Origin: a virus
Length of the DNA: 64,000 bases
Virus record (IMG/VR): IMGVR_UViG_3300048907_000336
Reading direction: 5' to 3' (one strand)
The position numbers and the translations under genes were made by a program. Below are positions 27,667 through 36,681 of this stretch, piece by piece (position 1 is the stretch's first letter; each line of letters opens with the position of its first letter). Under the pieces are notes generated by a model. The model was not told the DNA's origin. It saw only the letters and a program-made list of their open reading frames with translations, and ran no database searches.

Positions 27667-27789
27667 TAAACGGCGTTCCTCCTCCGTGTGGGGCCTGCAT
27701 CTGTCCTCCCCGGCTGATGCAGGTTCCTTCGGTCTGATTGGGTTGCGTGCCACGCTTGGGAGAGCGCCCCGCAACCCCCCTTTCAGTGA
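27667..27789 (+). ncRNA. candidate small RNA/structured spacer with UCCUCC loops
   Basis: ACGG/CCGT stem with CGTTCCTCCT loop; CCTGCATC/GATGCAGG stem with TCCTCCC in the loop; GGGTTGCG/CGCAACCC stem. Confidence 0.35.
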
Positions 27790-28341
27790 ATGGCCATATT
27801 AGATCCCTGCTTAGAACAAACCAAAGGCAGACGCCGGGTCTTCTGGACCACGCAGCGAATCGCTTGCGGTGAATACAATCAGTGCGGTGCCACCTGCGCG
27901 CTGCCGGGGCTGCAATACGAGAACACGGCCGAAGGCCGCACCATCGTCAACGACGAATGGCTGGTGTCGCTGATACTCAATATCCTCAACACCCGGGCGC
28001 GCAGCGATCTGCAGTGTCCGACGCCGATGGCGATCTATGGCCATTGGTCTGAGAGCTATCGCAAGGACGGGCTCTATATCGGCTCGACGCTCTGGAACGC
28101 CGCTGAGAAGAAATACATTCGCATCGCCGACAGCGTTCGCGCCATCGAGGCAGCGGTTAAGGCCGACATGGCCAAGTTGGTCGCGCTCGAACTCGCATCC
28201 AGCGTCAACGTCGCTGCCGAGTATATCGGTCGCAGTCAGGTCGCGATCATGGTCGAGGCCGTGGTGGCGCAGAACAAGCATGTTCTCAACTTAGCCGGTT
28301 CGTTCGTTTCCGGCGCTTGGGTTTGGCAGTATCCCACATGA
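27790..28341 (+). CDS. baseplate protein (Mu gp46-like)
   Basis: LILNILNTRAR...GHWSESY...IGSTLW. Confidence 0.75.
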   Translation: MAILDPCLEQTKGRRRVFWTTQRIACGEYNQCGATCALPGLQYENTAEGRTIVNDEWLVSLILNILNTRARSDLQCPTPMAIYGHWSESYRKDGLYIGSTLWNAAEKKYIRIADSVRAIEAAVKADMAKLVALELASSVNVAAEYIGRSQVAIMVEAVVAQNKHVLNLAGSFVSGAWVWQYPT

Positions 28342-29543
28342 CCTGTGTCATCCTGCGGCCTGACCCCCAGGCACTGTTCGACCAAATCAAGAATCAGTTC
28401 GCCTCGACCGTGCTCGGCGGCGGGCTGGTGATCCCGGAAAGCAACGAGTGGTATGTCGTCTCCAACGACTACGCCGCTGCCGAACAATTCTTCGCCATCG
28501 CCGACCAGATGTGGCGTGAGAACAACCCGGCGACGGCATGCTGCGACAACCTCTACAAGATGGCAGCGGCGAATGGGGTGTTTCCGCGACCGGCGACGAC
28601 GGCGCAAGGCTATGTGAGATTGACGGGCACCGCTGGCGCGGCGGTGCCGCCGGAGTTCGAAGTGTCAACATCCCAGGGCACCTACGTTTCCGTTGGCACC
28701 GTTCCCATGACCATTCCCGCCACCGGCACGGTTGTGGTGCGGGTGCAGGCGCTGCTGCCGGGGCCTGATTTCAATTCGGCAGGCACGGTCACCGAAGGCA
28801 CGCTGACGACGCCTGCACCCAATATCGACGACACCGTCATCGTCTGCGGCGGGCTGTTCTGTAACGGCGCAGTCGCGGAAGACTGCGAGACTTTCCGCAA
28901 ACGCTATCTAAGCCGCCTCACCTATCAGCCCCACGCCACCCAGGCTTGGGCGAAGGCAAAGCTTCTGGAATTTCCCTGCGCTACGCGGGTGTGCGTGCGG
29001 GAGGGTGCCTGCTGCAAATGCAACGCGCAATGCTCCGAATGCGGCTGCGTTAACTGCGGCAACCGTCTGGAGTTCTACGTATTGTTCGACGACAGTTTTT
29101 CCTGCGGCATTCCCCCGCAGAACGTCGTGGATGACATCAACACGTGGTTCTTCGGCGAGCACCAGGGGTACGGCGAGGGGCAGGTTGAAATCGGGGTCTG
29201 CGGGCTGATTCATACGCCCATTCCTTTACTTGTAGACGTAGTGATCGACATCGAGGGCTGCCCGACATCGACGCAGAAGCAGGTTATCAATGACCTTATT
29301 GTTGCGTTGTTCCGCCGCATCTGCCCCAGCATCCCGCTGCGGGTCAAGCAAATCGAGCTGCTGATCGCGTCGGTGATCGGGGCTGACGTCAACGCTTCGG
29401 CGCGATTTGTCCTGGTCGATGGCGAAAACCGCAGCGCGGTCCTCGTCAATGTCTGTGGCGATCTGGAAGTCGAATGCGACGTGCTGCCGTGTCTGCGTAA
29501 CATCACTTACACCGGCCCAGACAGCTTGAAGCCGCCGTGCTGA
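28338..29543 (+). CDS. baseplate J-like protein (Mu gp47-like)
   Basis: RPATTAQGYVRLTGTAG, EDCETFRKRYLSRL; 23 Cys. Confidence 0.85.
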   Translation: MTCVILRPDPQALFDQIKNQFASTVLGGGLVIPESNEWYVVSNDYAAAEQFFAIADQMWRENNPATACCDNLYKMAAANGVFPRPATTAQGYVRLTGTAGAAVPPEFEVSTSQGTYVSVGTVPMTIPATGTVVVRVQALLPGPDFNSAGTVTEGTLTTPAPNIDDTVIVCGGLFCNGAVAEDCETFRKRYLSRLTYQPHATQAWAKAKLLEFPCATRVCVREGACCKCNAQCSECGCVNCGNRLEFYVLFDDSFSCGIPPQNVVDDINTWFFGEHQGYGEGQVEIGVCGLIHTPIPLLVDVVIDIEGCPTSTQKQVINDLIVALFRRICPSIPLRVKQIELLIASVIGADVNASARFVLVDGENRSAVLVNVCGDLEVECDVLPCLRNITYTGPDSLKPPC

Positions 29544-30838
29544 CCCCGTCTCAATCGAGCTACACGTTTCCCATTCCCCCCGGTTACGCGCTCACTGCCG
29601 ACGGCTGCCAGCCGGTCGCAGTGATCGACGACCCGGCGTGCTGCCCGCCGCCGCTGTGCGGCAACGACCTGTGCTGCACCTTCGTTGCCTTCTTCAATCT
29701 GCTGCCGTCGGGGCCCTTGTGGGACTTCTGGAAGGCGAAAGCGATTTCGTACTTCCAGCACAACCCCAACCCCGACCCGATGCAGTGCCCGCTGATCAAT
29801 GACCCTGACTGCCCGTCGCTGGTGCTGCACGCGATCTACTGCGTGCTCAAGCTCAAGGCGGTGGTGCACGACGCGCTGTGGCCCGCGTTGCGTGAGAGCA
29901 ACCCGGCGACGGCGGTGACCACGCTCGACTACTGGGTCACGCAGTTACAGTGGGAGGACTGCTACGCGCAGCATTGCCGCTCGCTGCTGCTCGGCACCTT
30001 GACGCCCTACGAGATCAACAGCGATTGCGGGCCGCTGTTCTGCCCGGCCGACATCGACCCTAAGCTGCTCGATGCGGTCAAGCATGGCGTGCTGAAGGCG
30101 CTGTCGCGTTTGCAGATGGGGGTGATCAAGAACCTGTGCGGGCTGAATTGGGTCATCGCCCCACTCAATACCGAGATCGTCGTCAAGCAGCCGCAATCGC
30201 CGAACCCGCCGCTACCGCCGGAGCCCGATCTCAACCAATGCCAAGGCTACTGCGCGGAGCCGATCAGCTTCGTGGTGCAGCCGATCAGCGACAAGCTCGA
30301 CGCCGTCGGCAACGGCGAACTGTGCGAGACCCAGATGCCGCCGGAGCAAATCCCGGCCTACTACGATTGGGGCTGCATGACCGACTTGCCGATGGGTCTG
30401 CCCTACCAGATCTGGCCGGGCGTGCTGGCAGCCGAATGCATCGTGCGGTCGCTGATGCCGGTGACCTGCCCCACCAACATCATCCGGCACGACTGCGATA
30501 AGTTCAATCTCACGGCATTAATTCAGGAGCGCGCCAACGCCATGGCCGCCGTCGATGCCTTCGTCGTCAGTTTCAACTACGCCGTGGTCGAAAAAGCAGC
30601 GGCGACCGACACCGTCGATGCATCCATGGCCACCGGCTCGATCAGGGAGCAGGCGCACGCCGCCGACAGCGTCAGCATCGCCAGCGGCAGCAGCTATGTC
30701 GTCCTGATTGAAGAGAAAGCCAAAGCCCGAGACACCGTGAGTTACGGCGGTGGCGGCATCTACACCGTTTCGATTGTCGAGAACGCCAACGCTCAAGCCA
30801 GTGTCACCCTTCCTGTAGTGAGAGAAGACGATGCCTAG
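29537..30838 (+). CDS. baseplate wedge (Mu gp48-like) with a C-terminal repeat extension
   Basis: FFNLLPSGPLW...ESNPATAVTTLDYW; Cys-rich body then five ExAxAxxxV repeats. Confidence 0.7.
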   Translation: MLTPSQSSYTFPIPPGYALTADGCQPVAVIDDPACCPPPLCGNDLCCTFVAFFNLLPSGPLWDFWKAKAISYFQHNPNPDPMQCPLINDPDCPSLVLHAIYCVLKLKAVVHDALWPALRESNPATAVTTLDYWVTQLQWEDCYAQHCRSLLLGTLTPYEINSDCGPLFCPADIDPKLLDAVKHGVLKALSRLQMGVIKNLCGLNWVIAPLNTEIVVKQPQSPNPPLPPEPDLNQCQGYCAEPISFVVQPISDKLDAVGNGELCETQMPPEQIPAYYDWGCMTDLPMGLPYQIWPGVLAAECIVRSLMPVTCPTNIIRHDCDKFNLTALIQERANAMAAVDAFVVSFNYAVVEKAAATDTVDASMATGSIREQAHAADSVSIASGSSYVVLIEEKAKARDTVSYGGGGIYTVSIVENANAQASVTLPVVREDDA

Positions 30839-33059
30839 CATCTTCCCCGAAACCATGGCTGGCGGCGTCTTCATTCGTGACGCCAGCGGCAACCCGCTGT
30901 ACCCGCAGGGGGTCGAGAACGCCTACGCACCGGCGGCGGGTTACATCTCGACCTGTCAGTTCACGGCGCTGCCCAGCGACTGCACGGCGCGGTGGGAGCC
31001 CCGGCAGGCCAACGCCATCGTCTCGGAGATGCTGTCGCTGGCTGAGTGCTGGGATGCCGATGGGGCCTGGGATTGCGGCACTCCGCACAATCTCTGCACC
31101 TCGTTCAATTCGTGGGTGAACAGCACCCAGATCAATCAGATCGGCAACAAGGTGGATCGCGCTGGCGACACCATGACCGGCGATCTGACCATTCAGAAGA
31201 ACGGCCCGACGTTGCAATTGGTCAGGACGGTCAGCAGCGGCGGCGCGGCGATTGTCGGCAACCAGGGTACTTATGGAAACTATCGCTGGTCGGTCGTGCT
31301 TGGCGATGGCACCGCAGAACAGGGCGGTAATACTGGCTCGAATTTCGAGATTAACCGTTTTGCCGATGACGGCTCGCTGCTCGGCAGTGCGCTTGAATTT
31401 GACCGCGCCACCGGCAGCGCCAATTTTTACGGGCAGGTGGTCAACATCGACGGCAACTACTACGGGCCGGTGACGCTGGACCTGCGAACCAACAGCCCCG
31501 GCCAAGCGGTCACGATCTGGGGCGGCAATCTCAGCACCGGGCACCGCTGGGCGATGCAGCTCGGTGAAGGCACGGCGGAAACCGGCGGCGATGCCGGGTC
31601 CAATTTCGCCATCTACAACTGTTCCGACAACGGTGCAGTCAAAAGCGGGGCGCTGCAGATCAGGCGCACCGATGCGCATGTGACGCTGTCGGAAACCATG
31701 TCGGTGGCGCGCGACCCGGCAGCGCCGCTGGAAGTGGCGACCAAGCAATACGTGGACAATGTCTCGACCGGCGGCTCCGGCGGTGCCTATGTGAACAGGA
31801 CCGGCGACACCATGACCGGCGATCTGCACATCAACGCCAATGGCGTGATGATCTCCGGCGGTGCGGCGCAAATTCAATTCAATGCCAGCGGTGGTGTCAA
31901 TAATACCGGGTTTCAGATCGGCCGGTCGTTGTCCGGTACCAACTCCAACGATTTCTACATCTACAATGCCGTTGCCGGTAACACACCTGTTTTCATCAAC
32001 AACGCCGGTTTTATCGGCATCGACACCAGCAACCCGGTGGTGCAGTTGGACGTGAATGGCGACATTCGCGCTCGCGACACCATTCAGATCCAGCACCCGA
32101 CCTCGTCGCAACTGCAACTGCTCGATGCGAACGGCACCGTTAAATACCAGATCGGCCGTTCTCTCGGCGGCGGCAATGCTCAGAATTTTTACATTGTCGA
32201 TACGCAGTCGGGCTCAGCCCCATTCATCATCGCTCCTAACGGCGCTATCGGTATCAACAACCTGCAGAACCCAGTTTATTCTCTGGATGTCAACGGTAGT
32301 TTCCATTGCACCCAGGTTGCGGTGATCGATTTCGCCACCCGCGCCATCAGCGGTGCCGGTGGCGGCGATGCGGCACTCTGTGTCAAGACCAACGCCACCG
32401 GCTTCGGCGGCATGCTCGCGACCAACATGAATAAAGGCCAGTATGACGCCGCTGCCGTCTGCGTCATGGGTGCCGACACGGCAATGGGGTTTATCTGCGC
32501 AGGCAGCAACAATTTCACTCAGCTCGCCGGTTCCGGCACCGTTAATATCGGTTCGACCAACGTCGCTGTCGGCTTGGTCGCCGGTAACAATCTGGCCGGG
32601 GTTATCAGCCCCAACGGCACGCTGACCTGGGGCAATCCCACGCCCGGTGCCAGTGCTCCCGGCGTCATCAACGCCCAGGCCGTGTTTGACGACAGCGTGC
32701 AGTTGACCTGCTTCGGCGTCGAGCAACTGATTGACGGCAAGCTCGATGTCGAGAAGTGGGACCAGCGCAGCTCGACCGGCCGCAGCGATCTGGTGCATCG
32801 GTTTAAGGACATGCTCGATGCCGGGTACCAACCCGACGACCCGGCGAGCTACATCGACAGGCTGATGCAGGATCGGGCGCTGCCGGGAATGCCGAACGAA
32901 GCCGAGTGGAAACAGAACGGGCAAAGCCTGGGCGAGATCCACAACCGGCTGTGGCTGTCGGTCGAACTGTTGGCTGCTGCATTTGTCGGCAACTACAGCC
33001 GACAGGAACAACGTATCCGCGATCTTGAAGCGCAAGTCGCCGCATTGCTGAAGGAGTAA
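30831..33059 (+). CDS. tail fibre / receptor-binding protein
   Basis: ANAIVSEM N-terminal anchor, GDTMTGDL and VATKQYVD motifs, beta-rich repeats, C-terminal coiled coil. Confidence 0.8.
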   Translation: MPSIFPETMAGGVFIRDASGNPLYPQGVENAYAPAAGYISTCQFTALPSDCTARWEPRQANAIVSEMLSLAECWDADGAWDCGTPHNLCTSFNSWVNSTQINQIGNKVDRAGDTMTGDLTIQKNGPTLQLVRTVSSGGAAIVGNQGTYGNYRWSVVLGDGTAEQGGNTGSNFEINRFADDGSLLGSALEFDRATGSANFYGQVVNIDGNYYGPVTLDLRTNSPGQAVTIWGGNLSTGHRWAMQLGEGTAETGGDAGSNFAIYNCSDNGAVKSGALQIRRTDAHVTLSETMSVARDPAAPLEVATKQYVDNVSTGGSGGAYVNRTGDTMTGDLHINANGVMISGGAAQIQFNASGGVNNTGFQIGRSLSGTNSNDFYIYNAVAGNTPVFINNAGFIGIDTSNPVVQLDVNGDIRARDTIQIQHPTSSQLQLLDANGTVKYQIGRSLGGGNAQNFYIVDTQSGSAPFIIAPNGAIGINNLQNPVYSLDVNGSFHCTQVAVIDFATRAISGAGGGDAALCVKTNATGFGGMLATNMNKGQYDAAAVCVMGADTAMGFICAGSNNFTQLAGSGTVNIGSTNVAVGLVAGNNLAGVISPNGTLTWGNPTPGASAPGVINAQAVFDDSVQLTCFGVEQLIDGKLDVEKWDQRSSTGRSDLVHRFKDMLDAGYQPDDPASYIDRLMQDRALPGMPNEAEWKQNGQSLGEIHNRLWLSVELLAAAFVGNYSRQEQRIRDLEAQVAALLKE

Positions 33060-33064
33060 CCTCG

Positions 33065-34420
33065 ATGACCGGCATCATGCCTGACAGCGGCGTCCCTTGC
33101 ACCGACGCCAGGAATTCGCTCTGCACCCCGATCATCAGCCCAAACTGCAACGGGCTGTGGTACAGCACCTCGCGCTGCACTCCGCGATTCGATCCTGCGG
33201 CAGCCAATGCCGTCGAGGCCGAACTGATCAACCTGATCAACAAGGCCGCGATGACCTACGACTGCTCGCGGCTCGATCAGGTCGAGCACGCGGCCCGCTA
33301 TCTGATTCAGCGTGGATTGCCGCGCGCGGCAGGGTTCGGCAGCGGCCCGGTGAATTTCACCACCTCGCTCGACCCGACCGCCACCGGCTACAACGACTTC
33401 ATGACGTTGACGGCGATCTCGCTGATGACGTGCGGCAACTACCCCACGCTCAACGTCGATGGCCTGGGCGTGCGGCCGATCCTGCGTAATGACGGCCAGC
33501 CGCTGCTATACGGCGACATCGTCGGCGGCAAGCCGTTCATCATCGCTTACTTCGCCGGGGCTTGGTATCTGTGCGGGCTGGCGCAATCGCAGGTGCCGAT
33601 CATCGCCGGGTCGGTCGATCTTTGGATCAGAACCGACGGCAATGACAGCACCGGCGACGGCAGCGCCAACACGCCCGACAAAGCCTTCGCCACCATCGAT
33701 GGAGCCTGGGCCAAGGCCGGTGGCCGCTACGCTTCGACGCCGCTGTTCACCATGAACTTTCGGCTCGGCATTCCCGGCACCTATCGCGGCGGCGCGATGG
33801 GGCCATTCGGCGGCAACGTGTCGCTGACCGGCGATATCAACGCCCCCTCGCAGTATATCCTGACCGGCCGCGATATCGGCAATAATAACTGGGCCTCGCT
33901 CGCTGCCACCTACATCTCGGAAATGCGAGTCAGCGGGGTGACGTTGAACCGCGATGCGCCGCCGCCTTATTCCGCCTACGCTGCCTGGGTTGGCGGTGGC
34001 GGCGGCCGCACGTTGTTTGATCACTGCATCTTTGATACTCGGCAAGCCAATCCCAGCAGCGCCTTCCTCAATATCGGCGGCGGCTCTGCCGGTTGCAGCA
34101 GCGACACCACGTTCTATGGCCGTGGCCTGCCGATCTCGGCGCTGCTCATCACCAATTACGGCGGGCTGTGGGCCGGTGGCGGCTTCCCCGGTCCCGTTTA
34201 CTTCGACTTCATCGATTGCCCGATTACTTCCGTCGGCTCATCGATGGCAGCGGGCGGTCTCAGCGAGATCAAATGGGACACCACGGCGGTGCTCAGGTCG
34301 AACAACGTCACCGGGCCGCAATACATGGTCACCGAAAACTCGATCATCACCATGCACGGCAACCCGTGTCCGGGCACGGTGGCGGGCTCTCAGAGCAACG
34401 GCGGGCTGTTCATCCCATAG
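33065..34420 (+). CDS. tailspike/fibre with putative beta-helix domain
   Basis: ANAVEAELINLI anchor; WIRTDGNDSTGDGS..KAFATIDGA beta-helix cap motif. Confidence 0.75.
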   Translation: MTGIMPDSGVPCTDARNSLCTPIISPNCNGLWYSTSRCTPRFDPAAANAVEAELINLINKAAMTYDCSRLDQVEHAARYLIQRGLPRAAGFGSGPVNFTTSLDPTATGYNDFMTLTAISLMTCGNYPTLNVDGLGVRPILRNDGQPLLYGDIVGGKPFIIAYFAGAWYLCGLAQSQVPIIAGSVDLWIRTDGNDSTGDGSANTPDKAFATIDGAWAKAGGRYASTPLFTMNFRLGIPGTYRGGAMGPFGGNVSLTGDINAPSQYILTGRDIGNNNWASLAATYISEMRVSGVTLNRDAPPPYSAYAAWVGGGGGRTLFDHCIFDTRQANPSSAFLNIGGGSAGCSSDTTFYGRGLPISALLITNYGGLWAGGGFPGPVYFDFIDCPITSVGSSMAAGGLSEIKWDTTAVLRSNNVTGPQYMVTENSIITMHGNPCPGTVAGSQSNGGLFIP

Positions 34421-34430
34421 GAGCTAGTCA

Positions 34431-34619
34431 ATGGCTGACACGGTCGAAACGCTGCGCGCCGATCTCGACGCGCTGCAGGCTGAGTTCAACAATTTCAAAG
34501 CACAGACGGCGGCGGTGGTCGATCAGCACGACAACAAGCCGCTGCCGCCATCGCCGCTGACAACGATGATGCGCACCGGCCCCAGCATCACGCCGGTGGT
34601 CACCAAGCCAGCGACATGA
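34431..34619 (+). CDS. hypothetical protein
   Basis: AGGAG RBS; short coiled coil. Confidence 0.5.
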   Translation: MADTVETLRADLDALQAEFNNFKAQTAAVVDQHDNKPLPPSPLTTMMRTGPSITPVVTKPAT

Positions 34620-34834
34620 TCGAGCTGTTCGCGCAGTGGATCATCGTGCACAGCGTCGATAAGCGCGAGATCGTGCTCAACGTGCCACAGATCACCAGCA
34701 TGACGGCGCGGCAAGGGCAGAACCGAAACGTCCATCACGACGCAACCTGTTTGATCAATCTCGCCGACGGCAAATTCGTCACCACCATCGAGACTTGCGA
34801 CGACGTGCGTCGGCTGATCAGGGGGAAGGAATAG
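34616..34834 (+). CDS. FlbD-like small protein
   Basis: REIVLNVPQITSM...TCLINLADGKFVTTIETCDDVRRLI matches the FlbD pattern by eye. Confidence 0.5.
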   Translation: MIELFAQWIIVHSVDKREIVLNVPQITSMTARQGQNRNVHHDATCLINLADGKFVTTIETCDDVRRLIRGKE

Positions 34835-34836
34835 CC

Positions 34837-35520
34837 ATGGCCTACAAATCAGTCGCCATCAGCAGCGGTCACGGGTTCTACGTGCGCGGCGCTGCGGGCA
34901 TCATCGACGAGGTGGACCAAGCCCGACGGGTGGTCGAGCGCGTGGCGGGAGAGCTGGTCTCGCGCGGCGTACAGGTGTTTCCGTTTCACGACAACACCTC
35001 GCAATCGCAAAGCCAGAACCTGGACGAGATCGTCTCGTTTCACAACGCGCAGCAGCGCGAGCTGGATGTCTCGGTCCACTTCAATTGCTATGAGCAAACC
35101 GACCAGCCGCGTGGCGTCGAGGTGCTATATTATTCGGAATTCGATCTGGCCGATGCCTTGTCCAACGCCATGGCGGTAGCGGGAAATCTGGTGAATCGCG
35201 GAGCCAAGCAGCGCACCGATTTGAAGTTTTTGAACTCCACCGAGATGCCCAGCGTGCTGCTGGAGGTCTGCTTCGTCGATAGCGAAGTTGACTGCCGCGA
35301 ATACGACAACAGGTTCGACGCCATCTGCTGCGCCATCGCCGACGTGATCGGCGGCCCCATCGAGCAGATCGATATGCCAGTGCGGCCAGAGCGGCCGCCG
35401 GTCTCGCCGCCACGCTTGGGGCGCATGGACATCGAGATTTCCGGCAATGTCATGGTCACCATCAACGGCGAGATCGTCCACAGTCCCGAACATGAACTGA
35501 CAACGGAGTTCGTAAGATGA
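34837..35520 (+). CDS. endolysin, N-acetylmuramoyl-L-alanine amidase (Amidase_3)
   Basis: ISSGHG, DEV, VSVHFN, RGVEVLY, SVLLEVCFVD. Confidence 0.9.
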   Translation: MAYKSVAISSGHGFYVRGAAGIIDEVDQARRVVERVAGELVSRGVQVFPFHDNTSQSQSQNLDEIVSFHNAQQRELDVSVHFNCYEQTDQPRGVEVLYYSEFDLADALSNAMAVAGNLVNRGAKQRTDLKFLNSTEMPSVLLEVCFVDSEVDCREYDNRFDAICCAIADVIGGPIEQIDMPVRPERPPVSPPRLGRMDIEISGNVMVTINGEIVHSPEHELTTEFVR

Positions 35521-36119
35521 TCGAAACCCACTGCATCGGCCCTTGCGCTGCCCCCGTCCAACTGCCGTTGCCGCTGCCGCCGCCTGCCTATTCGCCGCCG
35601 ACCGGCGGCACCAACCCGACGCCGCCCCCGCCAGTGCTGAGCGCGATCTCGCCGACGGCGGCGCAACTCACCACCGCGCCGGTGACGCTCTACGTCAGCG
35701 GGGCCAACTTCACCTCGAACTCGGTGGTCGAGATCGACGGCACCGTGGTGCCGTCGATGTTCATGAGCGACAGGATGCTGCAGGCACGCGCTCCGGCACT
35801 GGCGGCGGGCGCGCACACCGTCACGGTCGTCACCGACGGCGCATCCAGCGGCACCAAGACCTTCACCTATGTCGAGGTGCCGACGATCACCGGCGTGGCT
35901 CCCAGCAGCGCGCCGGTCGGCGCGATAACGTTCTCGGTCAACGGCACCAATTTCACCAGTGCAGCAGTGGTGCTCTTCGACGGCGCACCGATCACGACGG
36001 CTTTCGTCAGCAACGGTCAGGTGCGTGGCACCGTCACCGGCACCGTCCCCGGCACCCACCTCGTGCGGGTCCAGGATGCAGGCGGCACCACCGGCGTCGA
36101 GTACTTCAGCTTCACCTAG
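35517..36119 (+). CDS. protein with two IPT/TIG Ig-like domains
   Basis: PVLSAISP...VSGANFT and PTITGVAP...VNGTNFT. Confidence 0.8.
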   Translation: MIETHCIGPCAAPVQLPLPLPPPAYSPPTGGTNPTPPPPVLSAISPTAAQLTTAPVTLYVSGANFTSNSVVEIDGTVVPSMFMSDRMLQARAPALAAGAHTVTVVTDGASSGTKTFTYVEVPTITGVAPSSAPVGAITFSVNGTNFTSAAVVLFDGAPITTAFVSNGQVRGTVTGTVPGTHLVRVQDAGGTTGVEYFSFT

Positions 36120-36133
36120 CAGGAGAAAGCGCC

Positions 36134-36388
36134 ATGGGTCTCGTCGTCAGCGTTCTTTATCTGCTGCTGAATATCGCGGTCCTGCTGTTGGTTGCCGCCA
36201 TCATTTGGTGGTTTCTAAAGTGGATGGGTATCCCGCTCGACCCGTGGGTCTTGAAGCTGTGCCAAGTCATTCTGGCGCTGCTGGTCTTGATTCTGGTGGT
36301 GAGCTGGATCGCCGGTGTGGTTCCGACACGCGGGATTTTCAGCGGCTGGCATGCGGCGTGGCTGCTGTTGCCACGTCGCTTTGTGTAG
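36134..36388 (+). CDS. two-TM membrane protein, holin candidate
   Basis: AGGAG RBS; two hydrophobic helices; last late gene, near the endolysin. Confidence 0.55.
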   Translation: MGLVVSVLYLLLNIAVLLLVAAIIWWFLKWMGIPLDPWVLKLCQVILALLVLILVVSWIAGVVPTRGIFSGWHAAWLLLPRRFV

Positions 36389-36504
36389 AATCGCTTGCGC
36401 GCGTAACCGTCCCATCTCAGCGGGGCAGTAGCCTTCGTCGGCACAAAAACCATAGCACCGACGACCGTCGGGGCAGGCTCCCTTGTACCTGATTCGATCC
36501 CGGT

Positions 36505-36681
36505 TCACGCCGCGTTCACACGCAGTTCCACTGGTTTTTCTGCACCGTCGAGCATCTGTTGCAGCGCCTTAACGACCAGCGACATCTGCGGGCCGCGTAT
36601 GGTATATCCACGATGGCCTTTGCCGATGGCGACGTTGATGTCGTCGGCGAGGCTTTTCACTTCATCACGGTTGGCAAGCAA
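36505..36681 (-). CDS. 58 aa hypothetical protein (absent from the ORF track)
   Basis: CAGGAG RBS then TTG; MLANRDEVKSLADDINVAIG... Confidence 0.5.
   Translation of the reverse strand: MLANRDEVKSLADDINVAIGKGHRGYTIRGPQMSLVVKALQQMLDGAEKPVELRVNAA

Noticed and set aside
24135-33059. Diversity-generating retroelement acting on the fibres
   Set aside because: No reverse transcriptase and no near-identical template/variable repeat pair; the shared modules are diverged at protein level.
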